A stretch of DNA of 64,000 bases from positions 124,001 to 188,000 of IMG/VR virus record IMGVR_UViG_3300036781_000418; one strand, written 5' to 3'. The notes beneath the pieces are model-generated. The model was given only the letters and a program-made list of their open reading frames with translations. It did no database searches and was not told the DNA's origin. Shown here piece after piece: positions 28,368 through 37,931 of the stretch (the stretch's first letter is position 1; every line of letters starts with the position of its first letter). The translations under genes and the position numbers were made by a program.

Positions 28368-28787
28368 ATGTCTGGACTTGTTGAACAACTTGAACTGAAG
28401 ACCGACAACTCGGAGTCGTTGGAACATGCCATTGCCATCTGCATGAAGTGGAACTCAAGGGTGTCCTCCTTCTACGTTACCGAAGAGAATGGCTTGCCAT
28501 GGATGCACCTCTGCTGGGGTGACGGCAAGGACCAAAAGCTAGGCGTGAACTTCTTTCCAGCACCGCTGGAGAACCCGAAAATGGTTACCGACCAGGTGTG
28601 GAGTTGGCTCCAAGCTCAGTTTAAGGACCAGAAGAGCGGCTGTAAGCGGTGGCCTGGATTTGACACCCTTGGTGATGGAACCGATTCGCCGGGCTTTTAT
28701 TTCAAGAGCTGCCATGACTTTTCTGGTGCGAAGGGGGTCTACCCCTTCATCAAGGTTTCACCGTACTACATCTACTATTCCAAGTAG
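28368..28787 (+). CDS. Hypothetical protein
   Basis: 139 aa with an AAGGA RBS. Confidence 0.6.
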   Translation: MSGLVEQLELKTDNSESLEHAIAICMKWNSRVSSFYVTEENGLPWMHLCWGDGKDQKLGVNFFPAPLENPKMVTDQVWSWLQAQFKDQKSGCKRWPGFDTLGDGTDSPGFYFKSCHDFSGAKGVYPFIKVSPYYIYYSK

Positions 28788-28840
28788 GCCGGGCTAAATA
28801 GGCGATCATTAAGCGGGCTAGACCCGCTTTGAGGTCTCCT

Positions 28841-29416
28841 ATGTCAATGAATTTCCCTGATGCCGTGGCGTTCGCCATGAAGTACGAGGTTGGACCCTTC
28901 TTCAACCAAGCCGATCCAGAAACTATCGCAGGTCTGATCGCAACCCAAGCACAACGCCACAAGGTCGGCTACACCAACGACCCGCATGATAAAGGTAGTG
29001 AGACCAAGTTTGGTGTCGCCATCACCGCCAACCCTGGTGTCAACATCACCACCCTCACGTGGCCACAAGCGGTGGAGATCTACCGCGCAAAATATTGGAT
29101 GGCCGGCGGCTGCCACCTCCTCAACGAACGTGTAGCGGTGATCCACTTCGACGGTTGCGTCAACCATGGCGTAGGTCGCGCCTCGAAGTTTCTGCAGCAG
29201 ATCGCTGGAGTCAACCAAGACGGCAACGTCGGTCAAGTGACCGCCAACGCCCTCGCGGCGATGGACCCACTTAGCGTGTGCTCGCGAATTGCCGCTCGCC
29301 GCGAGCAGTTCTACCACGACATCGTCATCAACGATCCAACCCAGTCTAGGTTCCTCAATGGGTGGCTCGCACGAATCGAGGACGTGTTGGCAACCGTGTC
29401 TAAACCAACGTTCTGA
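28841..29416 (+). CDS. Glycoside hydrolase family 108 endolysin with PG-binding C-terminus
   Basis: DPHDKGSETKFGV, FDGCVNHG, FLQQIAGVNQDGNVG and RFLNGWLAR. TAAATA at 28795-28800. Confidence 0.88.
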   Translation: MSMNFPDAVAFAMKYEVGPFFNQADPETIAGLIATQAQRHKVGYTNDPHDKGSETKFGVAITANPGVNITTLTWPQAVEIYRAKYWMAGGCHLLNERVAVIHFDGCVNHGVGRASKFLQQIAGVNQDGNVGQVTANALAAMDPLSVCSRIAARREQFYHDIVINDPTQSRFLNGWLARIEDVLATVSKPTF

Positions 29417-29453
29417 CGTTACCTTGGTTGACCGGATATTACAGGAGCGTACA

Positions 29454-29702
29454 ATGAACTCTGATGAAGCCCCTCCACGGCTGTTCACTAAGGTGACGGC
29501 CGCTCAGGTAAACTATGACTCTGATTTTGTTGAGTACTGCGTTGGACAAGAACAAGCACGACTGAAGGCCGCTGGACAGACGATGTCACAAGCGGCCGTT
29601 CTCGCCTTTAGGCGTGAAGTGCTGCGGACGATGATCACTGGACGCCCAGACCTTGCGATGAACTTGAGGACCAACAATCAACTACTCTTTGAAAATCAAT
29701 AA
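29454..29702 (+). CDS. Hypothetical protein
   Basis: ATG after a GGAG RBS; TTGACC-N16-TACAAT nearby. Confidence 0.5.
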   Translation: MNSDEAPPRLFTKVTAAQVNYDSDFVEYCVGQEQARLKAAGQTMSQAAVLAFRREVLRTMITGRPDLAMNLRTNNQLLFENQ

Positions 29703-29711
29703 GGAAAATAA

Positions 29712-32183
29712 ATGAATCTGTTCAAGCGAAGTGGCACTAAGGTGCCATTCGATCTCTCTAAATGGCAAGCGCACATCGCCAAGATGTGCGAGGGGGTTCC
29801 AGGCGTCTCGCCGTCAATGATCGAGATCGCCGCACAACCGCACTTTCAAGACGGCATGACGACACGTGAGCTGGACGACATCGCCCTCAAGTCAATCGTC
29901 AGCCTCATCGACGAGGAGCTGAACCCAGACACTGGCGACGTGAACTACCAGATGGTCGCGGGCAAACACCGCAACACCATGCTTCGCAAGGACGTGTTCG
30001 GTTCATGGGTGGTGCCGCACCTGTACGACATCGTCAAGCAGAACGTCGCCGACAAGCTCTACACGCCAGACCTGCTGACGTGGTACACGGAAGACGAGTG
30101 GAACTTCTTCAACAAGCACGTCGACCATGAGAAGGACGAGAACCTACCATACGCCGCGGTTGAGCAGCTGATCGAGAAGTACCTAGTCCGCAACCGCGCC
30201 ACGGGCCGTGTCGTTGAAACGCCGCAAGTCCGCTACATGGTCGCCGCGGCCACGATGTTCCACGCTGAGAAGAAGGACCGCCTTAAATGGGTGCGTGACT
30301 TCTACACCGCCGCGTCGGACGGCCAGTTCACGCTCGCCACGCCAGTCCTTGCCGGCCTCGGCACCAAAACCAAGCAGTTCTCCTCGTGCGTGCTGCTTCG
30401 TACGGACGACGACCTTGACTCGATCTTCGACACGGGCAAGGTGATGGCCAACTACGCGGCCAAGCGCGCCGGCATCGGTCTTGAGTTCGGTCGCATGCGA
30501 CCGCTCGGCGCCCCGATCCGTGACGGTGAGGTGATGCACACGGGTATCCTACCCTTCTTGAAGAAGTGGTTCGGCGACCTGCGGTCCTGCTCACAAGGCG
30601 GCATCCGCAACGCGTCGGCCACGATGAACTTTCCAATCTGGCACTACCAGTTCGACGACTACATCACGATGAAGAACAACAAGGGCACCGACGAGACTCG
30701 TGTCCGTCAGCTCGACTACTGTGTCGTGCTGAGCTCGTTCTTCTGGAAGCGGTTCCTCGCCAAGGGTGACATCACCTTCTTCGATCCGAACCAAGTGCCT
30801 GACCTCTACGAGGCCTTCTACCGCGACATCGAGCTGTTCGAGAAGCTGTACGTCAAGTACGAGAAGCGCACTGACCTGCGCACCAAGGTGCAGCCCGCCG
30901 AGCTGGTGATGAAGGGCTGGATCATCAACGAGCGCTCCGACACCGGTCGCATCTACTTCCTGAACATCGACAACGTCCAGCGCCAAGGCTCACTTGATCC
31001 GCGCCAGTACCCCGTCTACCAGACGAACCTCTGCACGGAGATCATGCTCCACACCGAGGCGATCGGCAAGACGGTCAAGACACGGATTGTCAAGGCGATC
31101 AACGAGGCGTTGGACTTCACGTGTGACCTGCCACGTTCGATGTCCAACCCAAAGATCGTCGAGAGGACCGCCGAGACCATTACGTTCGAGCTGGATGAGG
31201 ACGTCGGTCGCATCGCGCTGTGCACCCTCGGTTCCATGAACTGGGGCGCCGTCCGTCACCCAGAGGACCTGCGCCGTCCACTGCGCCTGCTCCACCGCGG
31301 CCTCCACAACCTGCTGCAGTACCAGGACTTCCTGTCGTCGCACTCGTACATGCACAACCTTGAATTCGAACCGCTCGGCATTGGCATCACAAACCTCGCG
31401 TACTGGCACGCCAAGCGCAAGCTGAAATACGGCACCGAGGAGTCGCTGGCCGAGGTCAAGCGCTGGAACGAACACCAGAACTTCTACCTCACCGAGATGT
31501 CGGTCGACCTTGCCGAGGAGAAGGGTCCATGCTTGAAGAGTGCCGACACCTGCTACGGTAAGGGCATCTTCCCATGGGAGCGTCGTGCACCAGGCGTCAA
31601 CGAGTTGACCGACTTCACGCCGGATCCAGACCTGCCGTGGGAGCCGCTTCGTATCCGCATGGTCAAGTTCGGCGTTAAGAACGCCCACACCGGTGCGATC
31701 GCCCCCGTCGAGTCCTCGTCGGTCGTGCTGAACTCAACGAACGGCGGTAACCTCGTCAAGCAGCTGATCGTCACCAAGCGCTCCAAGGCCGGTGACTTTG
31801 TGCAGGTGGTGCCTGAGTACCGCAAGCTGAAGAACTACTACGAGTTGCAGTGGGAGCAGCCTGACTGCCTGCCGTATTTGAAGACGATGGCCGTGCTGCA
31901 GGTCCACACCGACCAAGGCATCTCGATCGACACGTACTACACACCACGGAACTTCCGCTCCGAGGATCCGGAGAAGGACGGCAAGATCGACGTGAACGTG
32001 GTCATTCGCAACCACCTCTTGGCGCACAAGTGGGGCATCAAGTCCTTCTACTACCACCTGGTCGAGAAGCAAGCCTCGGTGGACGCGATGCGTGAGGAAC
32101 CGGCCTCGATCGACGAGGTCAACGCCATGCTGCAAGAGCTGGCACAGGCCGAGGAAGAGTACTGCGAGAGCTGCGTGCTGTAG
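29712..32183 (+). CDS. nrdA: Ribonucleotide reductase class Ia alpha subunit with ATP cone
   Basis: ETPQ, LATPVLAG, FSSCVL, SCSQGGIRNASAT, TNLCTEI, ALC, PVESSS, SFYY and C-terminal CESC. Confidence 0.96.
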   Translation: MNLFKRSGTKVPFDLSKWQAHIAKMCEGVPGVSPSMIEIAAQPHFQDGMTTRELDDIALKSIVSLIDEELNPDTGDVNYQMVAGKHRNTMLRKDVFGSWVVPHLYDIVKQNVADKLYTPDLLTWYTEDEWNFFNKHVDHEKDENLPYAAVEQLIEKYLVRNRATGRVVETPQVRYMVAAATMFHAEKKDRLKWVRDFYTAASDGQFTLATPVLAGLGTKTKQFSSCVLLRTDDDLDSIFDTGKVMANYAAKRAGIGLEFGRMRPLGAPIRDGEVMHTGILPFLKKWFGDLRSCSQGGIRNASATMNFPIWHYQFDDYITMKNNKGTDETRVRQLDYCVVLSSFFWKRFLAKGDITFFDPNQVPDLYEAFYRDIELFEKLYVKYEKRTDLRTKVQPAELVMKGWIINERSDTGRIYFLNIDNVQRQGSLDPRQYPVYQTNLCTEIMLHTEAIGKTVKTRIVKAINEALDFTCDLPRSMSNPKIVERTAETITFELDEDVGRIALCTLGSMNWGAVRHPEDLRRPLRLLHRGLHNLLQYQDFLSSHSYMHNLEFEPLGIGITNLAYWHAKRKLKYGTEESLAEVKRWNEHQNFYLTEMSVDLAEEKGPCLKSADTCYGKGIFPWERRAPGVNELTDFTPDPDLPWEPLRIRMVKFGVKNAHTGAIAPVESSSVVLNSTNGGNLVKQLIVTKRSKAGDFVQVVPEYRKLKNYYELQWEQPDCLPYLKTMAVLQVHTDQGISIDTYYTPRNFRSEDPEKDGKIDVNVVIRNHLLAHKWGIKSFYYHLVEKQASVDAMREEPASIDEVNAMLQELAQAEEEYCESCVL

Positions 32184-32246
32184 TTCGATGGGGGCTTGGT
32201 CCCCCATCTCGAGTTGTAAACCTCGCCATCCAATTAGAATGACACC

Positions 32247-33404
32247 ATGACCGACTACACCAAGCAGACCAACTACTCAAAGCGTCGAATGTTCCTCGAC
32301 GTGGAAGGGGCCGTAACCATCCAACGGTACGACCAGTTCGCCTTTCCAAAGCAGGACAAGTTCACCAAGACCCAGCGCGGCCAGTTCTGGATTCCTGATG
32401 AGGTCACCCTTACGAAGGACCGCATCGACTTCACCAACGCAAACGAGGCCACCCGCTTTGTTTTCACGCAGAATCTCCTCCGCCAGACGGCCCTGGACTC
32501 GATCCAAGGCCGCGCACCTGTTCAGATCTTCACACCCGTATGCTCCGTTCCGGAGACTGAAGCGTGGGTCCAATGGTGGTCGGCCTTCGAACAAATTCAC
32601 TCTGAGTCGTACTCACACATCATCCGCAACATCTACCAGATGCCATCGGACCAGTTCAACGCTATCCATGATACAGCCCCTATCGTAGGCATGCTGTCGG
32701 GCATTGACAAGTACTACCAAGACCTGCACGTCATCAACTCGGCGATCGTCACGAAGCTGAACCTTCAAGCCGAACTGTCCAAGGCGCCAGTGCTCGAGGC
32801 GGTGCTCGCCCCCGCGATCAAGTGGCTGGAGGTCTTCACCTCTGAAGAACGCCACATCAAGGCGATCTACCTTGCCCTTGTCGCGTCGTACGGCCTTGAA
32901 GCCATCCGCTTCATGGTCTCCTTCTGCACGTCGCTCGGCATGGTGGAGAACAAGATCTTCATCGGCAACGGCAACGTGATCCAGTTGATCTTGTCGGACG
33001 AGTTGCTCCACACCGACGCGACCGCGTGGATGATCAACACCAACGTCAAGACGGATCCGCGCTTTGCACAGGTTGCGGCCGAGTGCCGCAAGGAAGTGTA
33101 CGACATGCTGATCGCCGTCCGTGACGAAGAAGCGGCTTGGGCCAAGTACCAGTTCTCCAAGGGCACGATCCTCGGCATGAACGAGAAGATCATGGTGTCG
33201 AAGGTGGACCACACGGCTGAGCACCGCTTCCGCGACATCGGCATCAAGTTCGACTCAGGCATCAAGTCAGATCCGTTGCCTTGGATGGGCAAGTACACCA
33301 ACACCAACAAGTCGCAGACCGCTCTGCAGGAAAATGAGTCCGTCAGCTACATGCTGTCGGCCATGACCTCCGAGGTCCGGTACGACGAACTTCCATCTCT
33401 GTAA
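32247..33404 (+). CDS. nrdB: Ribonucleotide reductase class Ia beta subunit
   Basis: FWIPDEV, LDSIQ, EQIHSESY (radical Tyr), LEAIRFMVSF and DELLH. Confidence 0.96.
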   Translation: MTDYTKQTNYSKRRMFLDVEGAVTIQRYDQFAFPKQDKFTKTQRGQFWIPDEVTLTKDRIDFTNANEATRFVFTQNLLRQTALDSIQGRAPVQIFTPVCSVPETEAWVQWWSAFEQIHSESYSHIIRNIYQMPSDQFNAIHDTAPIVGMLSGIDKYYQDLHVINSAIVTKLNLQAELSKAPVLEAVLAPAIKWLEVFTSEERHIKAIYLALVASYGLEAIRFMVSFCTSLGMVENKIFIGNGNVIQLILSDELLHTDATAWMINTNVKTDPRFAQVAAECRKEVYDMLIAVRDEEAAWAKYQFSKGTILGMNEKIMVSKVDHTAEHRFRDIGIKFDSGIKSDPLPWMGKYTNTNKSQTALQENESVSYMLSAMTSEVRYDELPSL

Positions 33405-33407
33405 ACC

Positions 33408-34073
33408 ATGGCCACCATCATCACGTCGTCTGGCACGACAGTTCGCACCGTCCACACGTCACCGTTCAACGGGGCCGCAATCAAGACGCTGTTCCCAAAG
33501 CACCGTCAGAAGTTCAGGGTTAGCTTCTACTTGAACGACCCAACGCTGTTTTCACCATCCGAGAACGCGACGATCATCGAGCACATCAAGGTGTTGGAGC
33601 AGGCCGTCGTGCGACTTGAGCTGCCAGTGATGTCGTTTGTGCCGACTACCGTAGCGATGTCCGTTGGCGCTACCGTCAACTGGGCGTCGAGGATTACGGC
33701 TGAACCACACTCGCCGATCGGGGTGATCTTCATGGACGACCTCCGATCAGAGGTGATTCGCTCCTTGAACGTGTTCGCCGTTTCCCAAATGCGCTCGCCC
33801 TTTAGCATCATGGTTGAGCTGCTTGACGTCAACGATTCCGTCGTTGAAACACTGATCGCCTCGGTGATGTTCAACGCCTTCTCACGTAGTGAGTTGGACT
33901 ACGCGCCGCTTACCAAGCAGGTCACTGGCACGATCACCGATATTGGCCCGTCTCAAGCGCCGCAAAACGGCCGCACAGTCAACTTGAACATGCCCAACAC
34001 CCAAGAGTTCGATCACAACGTGATCGTCGGCCAATTTGAAATCGATGGACTCGTGTCCATGATCTACCCATAA
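33408..34073 (+). CDS. Tail-tube (gp19/gp48/gp54)-like protein
   Basis: PKHRQKFRVSF, LELPVMSF, IGVIFMDD, FSIMVELLD and SELDY resemble the tube-protein pattern; recognition is by eye only. Confidence 0.45.
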   Translation: MATIITSSGTTVRTVHTSPFNGAAIKTLFPKHRQKFRVSFYLNDPTLFSPSENATIIEHIKVLEQAVVRLELPVMSFVPTTVAMSVGATVNWASRITAEPHSPIGVIFMDDLRSEVIRSLNVFAVSQMRSPFSIMVELLDVNDSVVETLIASVMFNAFSRSELDYAPLTKQVTGTITDIGPSQAPQNGRTVNLNMPNTQEFDHNVIVGQFEIDGLVSMIYP

Positions 34074-34081
34074 GGAAAACT

Positions 34082-34330
34082 ATGTACACCGTCTACTCCA
34101 AACCTGACTGTCCGCAGTGCGACGCCGCGAAGGCGCTGCTGACCTTCAACGGCCACCCGTACCGTGAGGTCATTCTCGACGTCGGTCAAGCCAAGCTTGA
34201 TGAATCCACGTACATCTCACGTGAGGACCTGCTCCAGCAGATTCCAACGGCCCGCACGATGCCACAAATCTACGAGGGCATCAAGCTCGTCGGTGGGTTG
34301 ATCGACCTGAAGCGTCACCTGATCACATGA
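34082..34330 (+). CDS. Glutaredoxin (NrdC-like)
   Basis: VYSKPDCPQC, RTMPQI and VGGL. Confidence 0.92.
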   Translation: MYTVYSKPDCPQCDAAKALLTFNGHPYREVILDVGQAKLDESTYISREDLLQQIPTARTMPQIYEGIKLVGGLIDLKRHLIT

Positions 34331-34755
34331 AGATCATGGACATGAAACCTGAGCTCGGCACCTACGTTTGGCTGACCCCGACTTCTGGCACGGTTGAGGG
34401 CCTGCGCGCCTGGGCCGGAGTTCAAGGCTTTGAGTCGCTGATCGACTTTACCAAGCTCCACGTGACCGTGCTCTACTCAAGGTCGTACCTTCCGGTGATC
34501 CCTGATAAGACCTGGTTCTACCCAGCGACGGCGTCGGGCTTCAAGCAGCTAGACAAGAGCATGTTCGTCATGACCCTTGACTCGCCTGGTATCGTGCAGC
34601 GTCATGAGAAGCTGATGTCAATTGGCGCCACACACGACTGGGCGACCTTCATCCCACACATGTCCCTGTGGAAGGGGCCACCTCCGCCGCAACTCGAGCC
34701 GCCAGGGTTCACGATGATCTTCACGAACGAGCAGTGCGAACCGCTCAAGCCATAA
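34327..34755 (+). CDS. acb1: Acb1-like anti-CBASS 2H phosphodiesterase (T4 gp57B family)
   Basis: GTYV, LHVTVLYSR, MTLDS, GATHD, PHMSL and EPLK parallel T4 Acb1 as recalled (GLYV, IHSTICYSR, LVLDS, GATHD, PHITL, EPLK). Confidence 0.85.
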   Translation: MKIMDMKPELGTYVWLTPTSGTVEGLRAWAGVQGFESLIDFTKLHVTVLYSRSYLPVIPDKTWFYPATASGFKQLDKSMFVMTLDSPGIVQRHEKLMSIGATHDWATFIPHMSLWKGPPPPQLEPPGFTMIFTNEQCEPLKP

Positions 34756-34779
34756 AGGACCTTCGGGTCCTTTTCTTTT
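34754..34779 (+). terminator. Rho-independent terminator
   Basis: aaaggacc-TTCG-ggtccttt followed by a T-rich tract. Confidence 0.85.
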
Positions 34780-34832
34780 GCTCAGACCCTTCACGCGAGT
34801 TCGCTCGTAGAGGCATTAGCTGGCAGATAGTG

Positions 34833-34933
34833 CGGGTTCACGTGACGGCGACACGGTTGAGGCTGAGGGCCTCCCGATCGGTGAAGGTGGTTGGCTCTGC
34901 ATCGGAACCAAACAAGTGCAACCGGTGACCCCG
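34833..34933. ncRNA. Candidate structured element, copy A (homologous to 58025-58115 in reverse orientation)
   Basis: Four colinear conserved blocks shared with copy B, with potential closing stems. No known RNA family recognised. Confidence 0.45.
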
Positions 34934-34975
34934 GGTGACGCCAGGTCTAAATACTGAAACAAGTAGAGAGCTACC

Positions 34976-35362
34976 ATGACGCCAGTAACCGCCGCCGCAA
35001 TGACGATCACCGCCTTCGGCTTCACCATCAACCTGATCTCCCTGATGATCATCCTCCTGATCATTGGCCTGGTGGTGCTCTTCATTCGCATTCAGCTCAG
35101 CAACCGTCTCGACTTCGCCGACATGCTCACGAAGGACGGTCACACCGTGTCCTTGACGAAGGTCCTACAGCTGCTTGGCGGGACGACCTCCACGTGGGTC
35201 GTGATCAAGCTCGCCTCTTCAGGTGCGCTCGGCGTCGAGATCTTCGCCACGTACCTGGCCTACGTCGCCTCCATCGAGGGGTTCAGCAAGTTCATCTCCG
35301 CGAAGTACGGCTACCGTGAGACCGGTGCCAGCGGTAAAGGCGACCCGACTAAGCCAGAATAA
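34976..35362 (+). CDS. Holin-like membrane protein
   Basis: 128 aa with several hydrophobic segments and a basic C-terminal tail. TAAATA at 34948-34953. Confidence 0.5.
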   Translation: MTPVTAAAMTITAFGFTINLISLMIILLIIGLVVLFIRIQLSNRLDFADMLTKDGHTVSLTKVLQLLGGTTSTWVVIKLASSGALGVEIFATYLAYVASIEGFSKFISAKYGYRETGASGKGDPTKPE

Positions 35363-35414
35363 CCGGGTTGCTATAAGGTTATGATGGCGATGTACTGACC
35401 ACTCAGGGATCATC

Positions 35415-35690
35415 ATGACCTCCTTCCAAGAACCAGCCCCGTTGTCGCCGTCCTACGGCGGTGAGCGGCTGGCCTCCAAGATTCTGATGGGCTCGCGTGT
35501 ACGTCGTGAAATCTTCGACCCGACGAACCTCGAGCACCTCCAGAGCTACCGCACCTACCTGACCACTGGCAACTGGGGTGACGTCCAGTTCTACTACGAA
35601 AACCCGTTCGCCACCGTGCCGGCCACCGTCAACTACAAGTTCGCGATCGCCGCCCTGAACTCGACGTTGGGCGACGGCAACGTCAACTGA
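35415..35690 (+). CDS. Hypothetical phage protein
   Basis: 91 aa, preceded by a TATGAT box. Confidence 0.6.
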   Translation: MTSFQEPAPLSPSYGGERLASKILMGSRVRREIFDPTNLEHLQSYRTYLTTGNWGDVQFYYENPFATVPATVNYKFAIAALNSTLGDGNVN

Positions 35691-35706
35691 TCCCACCCAA
35701 CCCAAA

Positions 35707-35734
35707 CAAAGGGGACGCCATTGGCGTCCCCTTT
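35707..35734 (+). terminator. Bidirectional terminator-like hairpin
   Basis: aaaggggacgcc-att-ggcgtcccctttt. Confidence 0.75.
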
Positions 35735-35749
35735 TCGTATGATGGTGAT

Positions 35750-36238
35750 ATGGAACAACTCACCACCAACCCAAACAGGATCGACCTTGACGAGGCCTAC
35801 ATGCAGATGGCCGAGATCTGGGCGAAACGCTCCAAGGCGAACCGCAAGCAGGTCGGTGCCCTGATCGTCAAGGACAAGCAGATCATCTCGGACGGCTACA
35901 ACGGCATGCCAAGTGGCGCCAGTGACGACGTCTGTGAAGTCATGGTCTACCCTGACTCATACGATGGGCGTGACGGTATCGGTGGATCACCGGACAAGCT
36001 CATGAAGACGAAGAACGAGGTCCTCCATGCCGAGTCCAACGCCCTCATGAAGGTGGCCGAGAATGGTGGTGTTGGCGTCCAAGGCGCGACCCTCTACGTG
36101 ACCATGTCGCCGTGCCGTGACTGCGCCAAGCTGATCAAGCAGGCCAAGATCGCCCGTGTGGTTTACCGTGAAGAATACCGTGACACCGGTGGCGTCGACT
36201 TCCTCCGTGAATACGGTGTGCAGGTGATCAAGCTATGA
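35750..36238 (+). CDS. dCMP deaminase
   Basis: QVGALIV, DGYNG, HAESNA and SPCRDC. Confidence 0.93.
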   Translation: MEQLTTNPNRIDLDEAYMQMAEIWAKRSKANRKQVGALIVKDKQIISDGYNGMPSGASDDVCEVMVYPDSYDGRDGIGGSPDKLMKTKNEVLHAESNALMKVAENGGVGVQGATLYVTMSPCRDCAKLIKQAKIARVVYREEYRDTGGVDFLREYGVQVIKL

Positions 36239-36807
36239 GCCTTGACACCCTTACGACTGAGCTAAACGGCCGCACCCTTCGATACGACGGCGTCAGCATC
36301 GTCAGCCCTGAAGCCGTGCCCGACCTGTTCATGAAGGGCGTCAACCCTTGCCTGCTCCGCGTGAACGTGCTGGACCCTGACATCGAGACGTTCAACCGCC
36401 TAGTGCCACTGGATCCAGTCAACGTGGTTGGACCTGAACCGATCACGTTCAACCGTGGCTGGCTTCTACCTAGGCTGACGGCGAAGCTGGACGTCCAAGC
36501 ACACGTCATGACGCTGCTCCAGGCAAAGCTGTTGACTGGGTGTTACCTCAAGCACGAGCAGGTCGATGCGGCCATGAAGCGTACCGAGGCGGAGCTGGCC
36601 CTGTTCACCAAGCATGGGATGGACGACCTGCTCCGCTGCCTCATCTGGGTGATTGAAAAGTTCAAGGAGCACAAGGTCGTGTACGGCGTCGGTCGTGGCT
36701 CGAGCTGTGCGTCGTACGTGCTCTTCCTGATTGGTCTCCACCTGGTGGATCCAATCAAGCATGAAATCCCAATTGAGGAGTTCTTCAAGCCGGCTGAGCA
36801 GCCGTGA
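36235..36807 (+). CDS. DNA polymerase III alpha (DnaE)-like N-terminal palm fragment
   Basis: EAELALF, GVGRGSSCASYVLFLIGLHLVDPIKHEIPIEEF, which is the GRGS region of DnaE. Confidence 0.85.
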   Translation: MSLDTLTTELNGRTLRYDGVSIVSPEAVPDLFMKGVNPCLLRVNVLDPDIETFNRLVPLDPVNVVGPEPITFNRGWLLPRLTAKLDVQAHVMTLLQAKLLTGCYLKHEQVDAAMKRTEAELALFTKHGMDDLLRCLIWVIEKFKEHKVVYGVGRGSSCASYVLFLIGLHLVDPIKHEIPIEEFFKPAEQP

Positions 36808-36854
36808 AAGCTAAATAGGGAAGCCCAAAACCCTATTTAACAGGAGATGCCCTT

Positions 36855-37079
36855 ATGGCAGTTATTCGCAGCGCTCGCGGTGAGCTCATCGACACCCGTC
36901 TGATGGCCATCAAGGCCCAGCTGGCGAAGGCCCCGCTTCCAAAGGCCGTTCAGGCCCGCCAAGTTGAGATCACGGAACTTGAAGGTGGCAAGGTCGAAGA
37001 GCAAGTTGTTACCGCCGAAATGATGGAGATGATGGCCGCGGCCGAAGTCTCCGATGTTAAACCCAAGAAAGCAAAGTAA
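36855..37079 (+). CDS. Hypothetical phage protein
   Basis: 74 aa. TAAATA at 36812-36817 and a CAGGAG RBS. Confidence 0.6.
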   Translation: MAVIRSARGELIDTRLMAIKAQLAKAPLPKAVQARQVEITELEGGKVEEQVVTAEMMEMMAAAEVSDVKPKKAK

Positions 37080-37408
37080 TGAGCTTCGAAAAGCTACGTC
37101 CAATTCTGAACACCGTGCTCTTCACCTTCCTCGATAAGACCGAGGGTGCAAAGGGCGCTTTCTCTGAACGCACACGTGGCGGCATTATCCTGCCAACCGT
37201 CAAGTCCACTCAGCGCGACGACCGCTGGGGTCGAGTCGAGGCGGTCGGTCCGGACGTCTACGGCCTTGAAGTAGGGGAGTTCATCCTCATCGAGGCCCTG
37301 CAGTGGAACCGTTCCGAGGTCTTTGAGGGCGACAAGCTCTGGAAGACCGATGACACCAAGATCCTCTTGGTTACGACCGACGAGAACCTCACCGTCAACT
37401 ACGGATAA
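37079..37408 (+). CDS. GroES-like co-chaperonin
   Basis: LRPILNTV, TRGGIILP, GRVEAVGPD and VGEFIL. Confidence 0.8.
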   Translation: MSFEKLRPILNTVLFTFLDKTEGAKGAFSERTRGGIILPTVKSTQRDDRWGRVEAVGPDVYGLEVGEFILIEALQWNRSEVFEGDKLWKTDDTKILLVTTDENLTVNYG

Positions 37409-37411
37409 ATC

Positions 37412-37627
37412 ATGATGAGTGCTTGTGCATGTATGGGACCAGCGGGCGACTGCCCATGTCTTCGCCGTCAACGTGGCCAGAAGGTGGAGATTACGGAGAC
37501 GTTCATCTCCCCAAGCCTCTTCGCCCTCTTGACTGACGAGGACAAGAACACCGTCAATGAGATCAAGCGGAAAGCACTTGGTCTGTGGATGGCTGAGAAA
37601 CATGCCAAGAAGGTAGTCAATGATTAA
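37412..37627 (+). CDS. Small Cys-rich hypothetical protein
   Basis: CACMGP...CPC N-terminus. Confidence 0.5.
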   Translation: MMSACACMGPAGDCPCLRRQRGQKVEITETFISPSLFALLTDEDKNTVNEIKRKALGLWMAEKHAKKVVND

Positions 37628-37931
37628 CACGGTGCTACTGTCTAAAGTCGAGGTGAAGAAGCTGTTGGCTATTCTACTTGATGAAAGCCTGACTGACGTT
37701 GCTGCTTGGAACCAAACGTACGCGATCTTTCATAGTCGAGATGTTGAGCGTGCGTACATGCATGAGAATCACCTCGTCACGCAGGAGTATCAGGAAAATG
37801 TCAATGCGGACGATGTTCGCTGGTCGCTGTTTGACTCTGAACTTGGTGGGCAGGTGGACTTTCCTAATCGCACCGAGATGATCGGTGAATTGGCAATATA
37901 CGAATACCTACTTCGGAAGGCGAAACCATGA
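37620..37931 (+). CDS. Hypothetical protein
   Basis: 103 aa in an overlapping run. Confidence 0.5.
   Translation: MINTVLLSKVEVKKLLAILLDESLTDVAAWNQTYAIFHSRDVERAYMHENHLVTQEYQENVNADDVRWSLFDSELGGQVDFPNRTEMIGELAIYEYLLRKAKP

Noticed and set aside
16459-33404. Inteins or group I introns in terminase, UvsX, UvsW, nrdA and nrdB
   Set aside because: Lengths are normal, reading frames are uninterrupted, and no C/S...HN intein ends or homing endonuclease motifs are visible.
34834-34850. parS-like or HDV/CPEB3-ribozyme-like GGTTCACGTGAC
   Set aside because: Only the CACGTG core matches parS, the P3 pairing needed for an HDV-like fold is absent, and the motif is not conserved in copy B.
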